From: Vermamoeba vermiformis
Taxonomy: Eukaryota
Assembly: GCA_045837725.1 (NCBI GenBank)
Contig: JBEWZL010000257.1
Location: forward strand, 248,001-312,000
Length of the DNA: 64,000 bases
Direction: 5' to 3'
Below, in pieces: positions 13,438 through 25,816 of the stretch (position 1 is its first letter; each line of letters opens with the position of its first letter). The notes beneath the pieces were generated by a model, which made no database searches, was not told where the DNA came from, and worked only from the letters and a program-made list of their open reading frames with translations. The translations under genes and the position numbers were made by a program.

Positions 13438-14482
13438 ATGAGCGACGACGCAGCTGCCAAAGAAGAAGCCAGATTATTGCGCACGATTAGCGGCGCTAAA
13501 ATGCCCAAGTACGGATCTGCAGCAGCAACCAATACCGCTGCTAGTCCTCGTGCTCCTATCGTAACTCAATCGGACAAAGACAAGGCTGCTGAAGAGGAGC
13601 GACGCAGACAATCAGCTTGGTTCAAACAGCAACAAGAGTTGGAGATTGAGCGCAAGAAGAAAGAGGAAGAAGAAAGACTCAAAAAGCAACAAAAAATTGA
13701 AGAAACAAAGAAACAATTGCAAGAAAAGTCTGTCGAGAAAGAAAGCGAGCATATTCAAGTAAGGCTAATAATTAAATTATTTATTTCAATTTAGATTTGA
13801 AAATTCATGAAGCGCTCGCACCTTAACGGCTCACACCTGACACATCACCTAATGCTTTAAAATATTAATATTTGTATCATTACAGGAAGTCGGAGCTGTC
13901 ACTGACGAGGAGCGTCTCGCAAAAGAAGAACAGCGGTTAATGCGTCATTTGTCCTCCAAGAACCTGGATGGCGCTGAAGCAGTAAGTATTAATACTGTTT
14001 CATATCGCCTAGTACAAGATACTGCGATACACCAGTTTGTGAATCGAATATCTTTTAGAAATCTTCTCAATGAAATCTGCTCGTTTAACCGCACCCGCCA
14101 GCGTTACCTAAGCCGGCGAGTCTTGCTACAGTGCAACAAGCGGGCTAAATAAGGCATATTAATAATGAGTCAAATGATAGGCTCGCTTGAAGAAGAAACA
14201 AGAAGAGAAGGAAGAATACGAACGTCGCAGCGCTGAATTGATGAAGAAAGCTGCACAACGACAAGCGCAATACGACTTCTATCATGACAAGGTGCGCCTA
14301 GGATTTCTATACTATACTAGTGCTATATCATCGCCTGTTTATATTCGCTACCAACGTTGCTGATCGGATTTGTACAGACCCTTTCCGAACAACAACGTCA
14401 ACAGCTCGCTCAGGAGGAAGAAGAAGCGCGCAAGAAAGCAGCAGTCGACAAGTTAGCCAACTTGTTGGACAACATGTTGTAA
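13438..14482 (+). CDS. Coiled-coil, E/K/Q-rich protein
   Basis: Four exons joined by canonical introns. Charged helical sequence ending AAVDKLANLLDNML*. Confidence 0.7.
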
Positions 14483-14714
14483 GAGCTGTGTGCTCGGGGT
14501 TGGTTTTGGGTTTATGGATTTACCTTGCTCTTATGTTGCATAATGAATCGTGAAGAAACGTGCAACGAATGACAAGGTGGTAGTGGGGGTATATATATAA
14601 CGATATGTTATTTGATTTGAATGCAGCAACAAGTAAACCTAATAGATCTCGTTGTTTGCCTATATACAAGCCTAATCTCTTCTTCTATATCAATACTACT
14701 AATCGCCATGACGA

Positions 14715-15570
14715 CTATATATAGACCGCATTGCTAGGATCACTCGTGTCTCTTAGAATGGCCACGCAGTTCTCAAACCAGTGGTCGTCCTGTGCAATCG
14801 GCGGTGTCGTGTAATGCGCGCTCTCACTGCTGTCAAATGCACCAATGGCGTGCGAGGACAACACGTGCTCGTAGAGTGGTTTGTTGCGCACGAAGAGCCA
14901 TTCCAACACCTTGCTGCGTACCATACCTAGTGCAGGTTCGTCAGTGTTACCATTACATGCTACATGGATGATGTGACGTCAACCTACCAGTGTTTATCTC
15001 GTAGTCTTGCAAGAACTGCAGTGCCATCGCTCGTTGTTCTTCGGTGCTGGCGTGAAGAGTGCCGAGCAGGTAATAGTCCTCTTTGCTGATCTGCACTTCA
15101 TCCACGAATATATTACCGTACTTTGGTGAGTTGAATTTGTATCGTATAAACGGTATAAATGCAAAAGGTATCGTAGCCAAATCGTCAATCTCTCGGTTTT
15201 CAATATTGTCATTTGCAGTACCAACCAGATCTTTAATTAAACCCTTAATTTGCAGTTCGTCTGTTTCTTCACAAAATTTTTGCATATTACTGGTAGAATT
15301 ATTGGAGTTGGCTGCGTGCAATAAGATAAAAAATTGCTGATCTCGCAAACAGAGCCATTTCTGATCTCGTGCTAAGCTCATCTCGTGGTTGTCGCAGAAC
15401 ACGTCGTAGTGCTCTTTTCTCGTCTCTGGCTCAAATTGCTGCATTAGCTGTTCCAGAAGAGATGGTGTGCAGAGAAACTGAATCCGCATCCTCTCATTAT
15501 TGCAGCTTAGTACAGACTTTGCTTCAGATGCTCTGCATCGAGGATATTCGAACATTGTTGTTTGTTCCAT
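14715..15570 (-). CDS. CYTH / thiamine-triphosphatase-like fold protein with degenerate catalytic motifs
   Basis: The order of elements (HYDVFCDNHEMSLARDQKWLCLR, FCEETDELQI, IFVD, SKVLEWL..NKPLYEHVL) parallels ThTPase-type CYTH proteins. One intron at about 14929-14985. Confidence 0.5.
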
Positions 15571-15850
15571 TGTGGCTGTTCGTGAGCAGTTGTTAAATTA
15601 TGAACCGGAAAATACTGCTGAAACTCATTTCAGTTCGTTCATGGCTTTGAAGTGGCATTTCTAAGCATTCGGACCGTCGGATGTAAAGACTCCTGAATTC
15701 CCAGATCTTCGTGCGGAGGTGTAATTTCCGTGTGAAAACAAATCTAACACGTGTGGGAATTTTTCCTAAGATTTCGCTCCCGAACGCCTCCCTTTTCATT
15801 AAACAAATGTTTCAGTTTTAGCAAATCGATAACTAGTTTACAACGCAAGG

Positions 15851-17876
15851 ATGGCCTTTTTCAAGAAGATTGGAGAGAAGACTAAGGAGGCAAGTCTGCA
15901 GATCCGTCGGAAATCTTTTTCACTTGCTTTACTTCATCATTTCGTAATCTTTATTACTTTTATTAATAACGACTTGATATTATAGACCTTCACTAAGGTT
16001 AAGGGTGGTCACGTAACCAAGGATGAGACCTTCAAAAAAGAAAAAAAGAGATTCCAAGAGAGCGAAAAAACGTACGAAAAGATGGTTAAGGACGTCAAAG
16101 AATTCAACGCCACTTCTATTAGTAAGTACCTGCTATTTAATATAACAAAGCCAACAATTTAAATTCGCTAGTTTTCTAAATTACCAAAATAAAAGAATTT
16201 CGTCCGTTTATCTATTTTATAGCTCCTATCGAGACAATAGAATTCCATAGCAACTTAATATAATATTCTTATTTTTGTTTATTTTTTAAGAGCAACTTGA
16301 CTACATGCGAGAAATCTACAAGGACTTGATGTCTGGCATGAAGGACGGAGGCCCAGCCTTTGACTTAGCATCAGAAATGGTCAATGTCATCAACCAAATG
16401 CTAGAAACTAAGACTAAAACACTGGTAAGTCCACAGATCGTAAAAATGATTTTTCGTGTTTCCGGATCTGTTTCGTGACTTGACGTAAGCCAGAATCTTT
16501 TCGATTTCGAAACGCATATGCTCTTATTAAGACCTATGTATCTTATTTACCATATTAGTTTCGGGTTCTGAAACTTTTCGTGTTCGGATGTCGACCGCTT
16601 TCTTGAACTATTTCCAACTTTAATTACTTTTAAAGCGACGTAAAATATATGACTCGTTTTAATTATCCGAATATAGGACGAAAAGACCAGCAAAGATTTC
16701 CTTGATCCTCTCAACAGATGGGTGCAACAATACAAAGAGATTCATGTGAGTTGCCTCCAAAGTGATTACGATATTTCCCCACTAATCATTCACAAATAGG
16801 AACGCATTAAAGAACGCAAGAAGAGAAAGACCGAATTGGACAAATTAATTAATGACGCCAAGCACTACAAAGAAAAGGGTGACGCCCGCCTGTCCTCAGT
16901 AGGTTTCAGTTTAACGCGAATAGTTGTATAATTCTTTGATATTATTCGCTGCTCGATTTTCGGACGGAGATATTATTTTTGGTGATTTTCGTTATTGACG
17001 CGTGACTTCTAGACCGAGTCCAAGTTGGAAGCTGTTAAATTGTCGTACGAGGAGTTGAACAAAGAATTGATTGCTGACATGGCTCGCTTGTACGAAGAGC
17101 GCATGTTTGTCATGGAGCCCTTGCTTGCCAACGTAAGTCCAGCTGTTCAAAGTATTCCATTGCCGTGTGCTCATTATCGTGCTTGTAGTTGATCGTGTCT
17201 CAAGTGGCATTCTACAACGCGATGTCTGCTTCAATTTCTCAAATTCAAGCGCGTCTTATGTCAGTCAACTTGCGTTCAGCTTTCGATCACCCTCTTGTCA
17301 TCACACCACGTGAACGATCGAGCATCAGCAAGTTCTACGCTCAGACTGGCAGCAACTACGAGAGCGCTGTAAGTACTCTTTAGAGGATTTATATGTGACT
17401 GTTCGAGCTAACATTTGACCGTGTGTAGGGCTCTGTATTGCCTCCTCCTCAATACAACACTCCTGCTCCGTACGGCGGCCAGCCTCAACCTCAATACGGC
17501 CAGCCTGCCCCTTACAACAACGCTGGTGGCTATCCTCCTCAAGGCCAACCTCAGTACGGTCAACCTGCTCCGTATGGTGGTGCTCCCAGAGCAGCTCCTG
17601 GCCCTGGTCCCGCTCAACCTCGTCCTCCTCCACGCCCCATGTCAGTCAGTAAGTACCTCGAGCGCTATACTTACCACGAACAGCGAGTTAATATTGCCTA
17701 TTTCAGACGCAGTTCGCGCTCGCGCCATGTGGGACTTCGCAGCTCAAGATGCCAGTGAATTGAGCTTCCGCAAGGGTGATGTTATCAATATTTTGGAACG
17801 AAACGGCGAGTGGTGGAAAGGAGAGTTGAACGGCGCTGTCGGAGTTTTGCCCGCTAACTACGTACAACTGATGTAA
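15851..17876 (+). CDS. Amphiphysin/Rvs167-like N-BAR, Pro/Gln/Tyr-rich linker and SH3 protein
   Basis: N-terminus MAFFKKIG...VTKDETF, helical BAR exons, a PQYGQP repeat linker, and SH3 AMWDFAAQDASELSFRKGD...WWKG..GVLPANYV. Confidence 0.88.
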
Positions 17877-18229
17877 TGGTTCGAAGATCACGCGATCCTG
17901 CCCGCGAATTCTTGATGTTAATTTAGGCGCTTTGTATCGAAGTAGTTACCGTATTATTAGGTCTATTTCCAGAATATTATTTATAATATAAACCTTATTT
18001 AAAATCAAAATTTAAATCGGTACCCGAAAGATCTTACCTTAGAACACCTCTATATCATCTGGTTAGAATCTTGCCTTAATCAAACTGGAATTCTAATGTT
18101 AACGATAACCAATAGCAACTTAGCCAATTAAGTCACGGTATTTTTAGCCACAAAATAAAAATCTCGTTGGCGAGCAGTTCATTTATCTCCTCAAACTCAC
18201 TCCACAACCACATCTCAAACAGCATCAAC

Positions 18230-20083
18230 ATGTTGAAGCAAGTTAAGCTCGATATTGCCCAAACTAACATGGCCTTGTTCGGCACCGAGTAAGTTTGCCT
18301 CCTCTCCAGATTTCATGAAATAGAATTTCTCTTGCTTGCTTTCAAATCGAGCGATTATGCTTATATATGACTACAATATATTTTTGTAAATACTGATCTT
18401 CGTTTTAAAGCGTCGAAAAGAACATCAAGCACGCCGCCGCTCAGACTGAAGCCGCTTGGCACGGATGCGGCCAACAGAAGTAAGTTTTAATGCCTACGAT
18501 GCTCGCGATTACTGTTGGCCTTATTTTTGGGCTAAATGGCTCATCGTTAACATATTTGAATTAATTAAGTAACGAAATTTAACATAATTATTTGCAGCGG
18601 CATTGAGATCTGGCGCATCAACCAATTCAAGGTCGACAAGGTCCCTAAGGAGAGCTATGGTCAATTCTTCGAAGGAGGTAAGAGACAAAATCTAATCTTT
18701 AAGACGATTTTAATGAATTTACCCGATCGTTACGAAAACGGCAAGATTTTGTTCGTTAAAATACTGACAAATATTTACCTCTTATGAATAGACAGCTACA
18801 TCGTCTTGAAGACCGTCAAGAGCTCCGACGGCAAGGTCCACTACGACGTTTTCTTCTGGCTCGGCACTTACACCACTCAAGACGAGGCTGGTACTGCTGC
18901 CTACAAGACCGTAAGTACCATAATCGGTTCGCTCTATTTACACGTTTTTTATCTTTTCGCGGTCGGATCATGATCAACTAAAAAAATTTTCAGGTCGAAT
19001 TGGACGACTTCTTCAAGGGATTGCCTATTCAACACAGAGAGGTAATTTTAAATTCAAGATGGCTGAATTATTTTTAAAAGATTCGAATCTTCCTTCATGA
19101 AGGAGCTGAAAGTCTAACTGTCTGTGGATGTAGGTTCAAGGTTTTGAGAGCGAGCAGTTCTTGTCTTTGTTCTCTAACATTGGTGGCGTTCGTATCTTGA
19201 AGGGCGGTAAGTCCAATCATTAGACGATTGCAATAACGCATGAATTGACGTCCAATGTTTTCAGGCCACGACACTGGCTTCAAGCACAACGCCCCGACTT
19301 CATACAAGCCCCGTTTGTTGCACGTCTGCGGCACCATCAAGAACGTCCGTGTCGTTGAAGTGCCCTTGTCTGCCTCATCGCTCAACAGCGGTGACGTCTT
19401 CATCCTCGACTTGGGCTTGACTGTGCACCAATGGAACGGCAAACAATCCAACGTCGCTGAACGCAACAAGGTGCGCTACCGCATAGCAATATTGTCGTTG
19501 TCTTGTACTGACCAACCCCGCACAGGCTGCTCAATTGGTTCGTGCCATTGACGACGAGCGTGGCTCCAAGGTCAACGTTCAAGTGCACGACGAGGGTGAC
19601 AAGGACTTGGCTGAGTTCTGGCAACACTTGGGCGGCGAGAAGCCTGTGGCTGCTGCTGGCGCTGCTGCTCCTCAAGCTAGCGCTCAAAAGTCTCTTTGGA
19701 GATTGTCTGATGCCTCTGGCTCACTCACCTTCACTAAGGTCGCTGAGGGCAAGGTACGTCCAAATGATGTTACAAATCAAGCCAAGCTCAGGTCTCATTA
19801 TTGCCATTAGATCTCTCGCAGCCAAATTGACTCCAAGGACGTCTTCATCGTTGACTCTGGCTTCGAAGTCTTCGCCTGGGTCGGCAAGGCTGCCTCTGTT
19901 GGTGTAAGTAGTCTCGCAGCTGTGCACTAGTCGTCAGTGGGTCTAATTGTCTCGCAGGAACGCCGCACTGCCTTGCAATACGCCTTGAACTACTTGTCCA
20001 ACCAAGGCAAGAACCCCGCCACACCCGTCACTCGTATCTTGGAGGGTGGTGAGAACGAAGTCTTCGAGCAATTGTTCCACTAA
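18230..20083 (+). CDS. Gelsolin family actin-severing protein (3-domain severin/fragmin type)
   Basis: [51 protein letters not shown] and EVFAWVGK. Confidence 0.93.
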
Positions 20084-20206
20084 ACGATTGAACTGCACAC
20101 CTTTTGCTGGGTCCAGTTAAGTTAGAACTTACTTGTTTTTATACTCACTAAGTAAATACTGCCTACGAGCACTATTTTAAATAATGTGATTTTGTTACAA
20201 ATAGAG

Positions 20207-21845
20207 CTAGCTTTGTTCTTGCTCAGTACTTTGAACGGTGTTCTTCTTCTTGCTCCTGTTTCTGTTCTTGTGTCGGCCGTGTTTAGCGAGTGCCCAAATA
20301 CCAATGAACAACAAATAGAGTCCAATGAGTGAGCCGCATACGATCAACGTGAAGTAAGGCTGCAGTCTCTCTTTACGCGTGGGAAGGTGCTCCAGCGCAG
20401 CAGTGGCATTGAAGTACGTGTCAACAAGCGATTGAAAAGGAGTGCTCGTGTCTTGTTGCAGTTGAAATATGGCGAGATTGATGGCGTCAATCGTCTCAGC
20501 ACTGACACTAGGACTGAAGCTGAACACGAAGTCGAGGTCGAGGAATGACGGACCATTGGACTGAATGTTCCGCGTTGAGGTGTTGTATTGCAGTAGCGAT
20601 GGTTGATCGTGCTACAAAAACGTACATGTTATTCTTTCGGTCCTATTTGCATCGATGCTGAATAATAAGCTTACCAACAAAAACATGGTGCTTCCATTCA
20701 ACAGGGAGTTCACAGCGTCAGACAGTGTTGGGTAAGTGTAGATCTGTTATTGACAGGTGTCAGCATCACTTATGACGACACAGCGGTCACTTACATTGGC
20801 GTTAATGCCACGCAACAAAGGCAGAGCAGGGCTGTAATTGACCACCGAGACATTTTGAGCTGTGAATGAATTAGAATAATGACTGATCGATCACACTGCC
20901 CAATCTTACCTCGCAAATCTTCCAGACTTGCAGGTGGTGGAGCAAGCTGGAACAGGGTGAGTAGCGAGGTCAATGTGGCTGACACTGTGAAGGCGAAGAA
21001 GAAGCTGAATAGAATCCACACCAGTGTCCAACACATGCCCGAACGACTTTTCGGGACCTTGTCGCCGTATCCAACTGTCGCGCTCGTAACTCCTGCCCAA
21101 TAGATGCCGTCCTGCATGCCCAGCAAGTAGCGCTTGTGAAAGGTGTCGTTAGCGTGGTTCGGTCGTTCTTTCTCCAACAGCCACATGATGTGCGAGGCAA
21201 CTACAGCTAAGACAATCCAAAACAACATCTGACCCCATAAATCCGGTCGACTGAAAGCCTTGATAATGGCCGATGTGGTAGCTAAATGAGTGTTAGCTAA
21301 AGTACGAATGGCTCTTTTGACTCACTTACTAACGGTATTTTGAGAAATGAGCGCAGCACGGAGGAATGTGTGATAGTACGAGACTGAGCTGGTGAGTGTC
21401 GGGATAATACTCAAATCTGACTGCGGAATGCCACTGATGCCAATGCTCGGGCCTATCAAATGTGTTAGTTCCGGTTGACACGTGTCACTCGAAAGTTCGT
21501 CTTACCGAAGGATGAATTTCGTATCGCACGAGCCCAGTCAAGTAAATTATGAGTGACAACATAATTAGCGGCTGAAAATTCTGTAATCTGAGCCACTTGC
21601 TTCCAAACTTCCAAACTAAATCCGCTAATTTGAGTTGGATCCACATGTTGTATTCCTGGGCCAGTGAAGTTTCCACAATTAACGTAAGAGTCCGCACATA
21701 AGAAAATCTAGCGAAATTAATGCAATGTAATGAAGCTGATCCTTTGTTATTCACTTACAGCAGTCGTAAACGTTTGCGCCGATATTAAACTAGCGTGAAA
21801 TGGTAGCACTATCGCTACAATAAATAAATAATGCCTTAGTAGCAT
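20207..21845 (-). CDS. GluR0-like ionotropic receptor / ligand-gated K+ channel (signal peptide-S1-M1-pore-M2-S2-extra TM)
   Basis: S1 ISGFSLEVWKQVAQ, M1 ending IMWLLEK, pore GIYWAGVTSATVGYGDKVP, M2 SATLTSLLT, linker SLEDLRG, S2 HDQPSLLQY..INLAIFQLQQD, and C-terminal TM PYFTLIVCGSLIGLYLLFIGIWALA. Six introns. Confidence 0.85.
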
Positions 21846-22071
21846 GTTGAATGTTAGTTATAAATTGAAAAATGAACTGTTCGATGTTCAAACAATGACG
21901 CACACATGCTGGCAATGCAATTACAGCTAGTGCACAAGCGCAATTCAGATGAAATTCGACCAGAAACTCCTCCGAATAGCTCCAATAATGTTACGGAAAT
22001 ATCGATCGAAGTATCTTCAGTTTAGCAGAGGTTGATCCGAATAAAGTTTATAAAATAAGATACAGCCGTGT

Positions 22072-25000
22072 TTAGAACTCAAAGGTCGCGTCATCTTTGA
22101 ATCCAATCTTCTCCAACATGGGCAGTGCAGAGAGCGAGACCATGGCTGGAGGGCCGCAGACAAGTGCCACAGATCCGCTGCCAGGCTGGAACAGGTGCTC
22201 GTTCAACATCTTAACGTCAATTCTGCCGACACCGAACTTCCACTCAGGGCCCGGCGAGTCCGAGACAGTGTACCACAGCTTGAAGTTGTGATGTTTTTGC
22301 GCCAATTCATCGAGCGCGTCTTTGAGCAAGATGTCGTTCAGCGTGTGATTGCTGTACACGAGCGCCAGTTCAGTGGTGTCATCAGGGTCGTCCAAAATCG
22401 CTTTGATGAGCTGGTACATTGGTGTAATGCCCGTGCCACCAGCAATCATGGAGATGCGGCGCACGCGAATAGGATGGCCGTGCACTTGAAGAATGCCGCG
22501 GGAGTGGTAGTGTAAGTGACCTTCGGGACCTTTAATGCGCAGAGTGGAGCCCAGTTCTAGCTTCTCGAGGTACTGCGTCATAATGCCACCTTGATTGAAA
22601 TGAGGATTGCTGCCTGAACGATAAATCTTGATCACCATTTCGATGACACCCTGCAATGACACGTGTCAAAAACAAATTGACATGTTTGCTCCGATCAGCA
22701 GTACACTTACGCTATCATCGTCCTCTGCGATGGGTGCAGTGGGCGTGTAAGGTCGGATCACCAAATGACCGCCGCCGAGATGAGCTTCCAACAGCACGTG
22801 TTGACCGACAGGCAGACCGAGCGGCTTCATCTTTTTGTCTTTCAACGCGAATTTGAAGATGTACGAGTCCGGACTGATCTTGTCGCGTGCAGCCAATGTG
22901 ACGTCGATCCACTTGCGAGGCTGCAAGGCCCAGCGAGAATCACGTGCCAGCCCGGGCAAGAACTGACCTTCACCGAGCTCCGAGACGAATCCAATTGAGA
23001 AGTTTTGCATCCAGCGCTTGGCATCGTCGCCGTGAATGGAGTTGAACAGCTCTGTGATGTCTTTGCCCGCATTCACCACGATACTGGCCTCACCACCAGG
23101 ATGCATTTCAGTGAATTCAGTCAAGTCGTAGACCACGCCGTCAACGATGACCCAAGGGTCGTCGGGCTTGTTGTGCTTGCTGACCTCGTCGGGCGAGATC
23201 AAGCGATATGGCGGAGTGTGCTTGAGATCTTTGACGACAGGTGTGATTGCCTCGGCCATCCAGCCACCTTTATGCGGACCGGGCACGGTTGGGTGATCAA
23301 ATGTAATCTTGCCATTGCCTGCTGAGTCCAACAGTCTCTTTTTGACCGTGTACCAGCTGTTATTGAACATGCCCAACAAGTTCCTGCGGCGTGCCTGTTA
23401 GTGACTTGGCTCGTTCACTGAACAGTCGGAATAACTTACCAAGTGATGTCACGTGGCTGAGTGTTTGAAGCCTGGTCCCAAGCACGCACTTTGATGCCGT
23501 CACCGACCAACAACTTCCATTTGGGCAGATCTAACTTCCAATGACACCACGTCCAGCGCTTGAATCCATGGCGCACACTGTGCTTGGGGAACTCGCGCTC
23601 AGTGCCCATCCAAGTCTTGCCGTCATCTAATGACACTTCGACACGTGTCACTTCTCGGCCTCCACCGCTGTACGCAATGCCTTTTATGGTAATGGTCTCT
23701 TTGGTGTCGCCGTGTAAGTCAATGACGTCACCGTGCGCCGGGCTGTAAATGATGCTGTTGACGTTCTGTTCGTTCAACAACAAGTCGCCGCGCTTCCACC
23801 AGTCCTCGCGATCAGCCTTTGTGAAGCCAACATAGGACGGCAGGACTCTGTTGTCGTGCCAGTGGTACCAGCTCTTGGACTCTTCGTTCGTGACTTCGAT
23901 GGACTTGAGCCACTTGATCATGCGACCACCGACCCAACCCGGGATGACCAATCGTACGGGGTAGCCGTGGTCTGGAGGCAGTTGCTGGTCGTTCATTTGA
24001 TAGGCCAAGATAATGTCATTGGCTGGGTCCAGCGCAACGGCAAGTGGGATACTAAAAACGACATTAGAATTACTAAATGACCGTAATATTATTAGTAATT
24101 ACCTAGTGCCGTAAGTTCCGTTCTTAGGATCATCAGCGCCATCAAAACAGACGTATTTTGCGCCGTCAGCGTACGACTTGACACCGACTTGCTTCAAAAT
24201 GTCGCACAGTCTTGCACCGCGCCAGTACGCCGTGCCGATGCCACCACTGCCCCAGTCAAATCCTTTGCTGTGCCGAATAGCATTCACTTCTTTGCGTCTG
24301 TTACCGTCGCAGGAGATAGTGACGGGAATGTTGATCGAGGGCAAGCTGGCCAGCTCGTCCATGGAGAACTCTTTGGGCGTGTTGACCAAGCCTGACACGC
24401 TCACTTTGTGCGTCTTCCAGTCCAGCTTGGGCACGGCGGCGTGATTTCTGACGTAATGCACGGCATTTGAGGTGATGAGGCCCTCACGCTCGAGGACTTT
24501 GAGGGACTGCTCGGAGTTGAGTGGATGTGCTCCAGTCAAGCGCACGTGTTCCTCGCTGCGAGGGACCCAGTCGTCGGGCGTGTTCTTGTCGATATCGAGC
24601 ACGTGATCTGGAGGTGTTATTTCTTTTTTAGGTGACACAATCTTGTCTTCATCGAGGTTCAAATAATCGCCTTCAAGGCTGTGTTCAACAGCTTCATTCG
24701 CTGGTTTTCGGTGCTCGTGCTTTTCATCTTGCTTTTCGCCTTTTTTTTCGTCTTTTTTCTCGTCTTTTTTTACATCTTTTTTCGCGTCATGTTCGTCTTG
24801 TGGCTTGGCGTTTTTATCCGACTTTTCGGTGGCATGCGGATCACTGCGAGTCTTGGACAGTCCTGCGTTTAGCAATTGTCTGCGCTCTTCAGGGGCTAGT
24901 CCTGTAGGCCCGCTTTTTTGTCTGCGAATTTCTTTTTGCTTCTTAAATTCTGCTTTGTCTAGAGTACCACATCCGAGGCCAATAGACAAGCGATAATCTT

Positions 25001-25277
25001 TGCTTCCTTTGAACTCAGTTGATCCATGTCGATCGTGTTCAAGAATGTTATAAGTATTCTGAGGATAATTATTAGATAGGTGATAAGAAAAAGGGAATCT
25101 AGGTGAAGATACTTTGATCGAACTTAATCTCTAGCATATTATTTAAAGGATTATTCCAATTATTACCTTGATATTTAGTGTAGTATTGGGTTTTGCATTA
25201 TCATCAGGCTGCTTGTTAAGCTGCTGTGGGACACTTACCCCTACTTCTTCAGCCTGGTCTGTTGAGTGATTAGACAT
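22072..25277 (-). CDS. nia: Eukaryotic-type NAD(P)H:nitrate reductase (Moco-dimer-cytochrome b5-FAD/NAD)
   Basis: TPDDWVPR..RLTGAHPLN, HYVRNH, CDGNRRKE (Mo-ligand Cys), DHGYPVR..GGRMIKWL, GMFNNSWY, b5 HPGG, RPYTP, GTGITP, CGPPAM and terminal FEF. About 4 introns. Confidence 0.92.
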
Positions 25278-25816
25278 TGTTGCTTTATGGAAAAAATATT
25301 AAAATTGATTACGAAAGGATAAATTAGGTACTTTGATTGACGCGCAAGCTATTATCCGAGCAGATCTAGAGTAATTTTCAACATTTTCTCGCGGCAATTT
25401 AATCTTCGGAGCTTCTCCGTAGTGCAATATTAGAGCTGATATTTCCGTTACGGTTTAAGCAGGCTGCTTGGCGTTGACATACGAATTCGCAGCCTGCGAG
25501 CATGAATATGAAGGATTCCTAAAAGAATGTGACAAGAAGTTGTGATCAATGACTGCTTGAGCCAAATTAGGTGAAAATATGACTAATATTTTTTGATATT
25601 TTTGCGTTTTGCTAAACGAGTTGAAGAAAGCACGTAGATAGATCTGATCTGAGACTTTTTTGTTTTAAAATTCGTTGCGTCTATGCCTTACCTGAATTTT
25701 GTCTGCGCTTCGTGATTGTCGGATTGCGAATTAATACTTGAATTATGCATCGCTTGTTGTGTTTTGGCGGGCTTTAGTGTCGTTTTGATTTTTGTTTTAA
25801 TCATTTCAGCCAGCAC

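Noticed and set aside
17458-17580. Repeated ccacaaCCTCARTACGGYCARCCTGC-like units
   Set aside because: These are coding PQYGQPAPY repeats in the BAR-SH3 linker, not a CRISPR-like or non-coding array.
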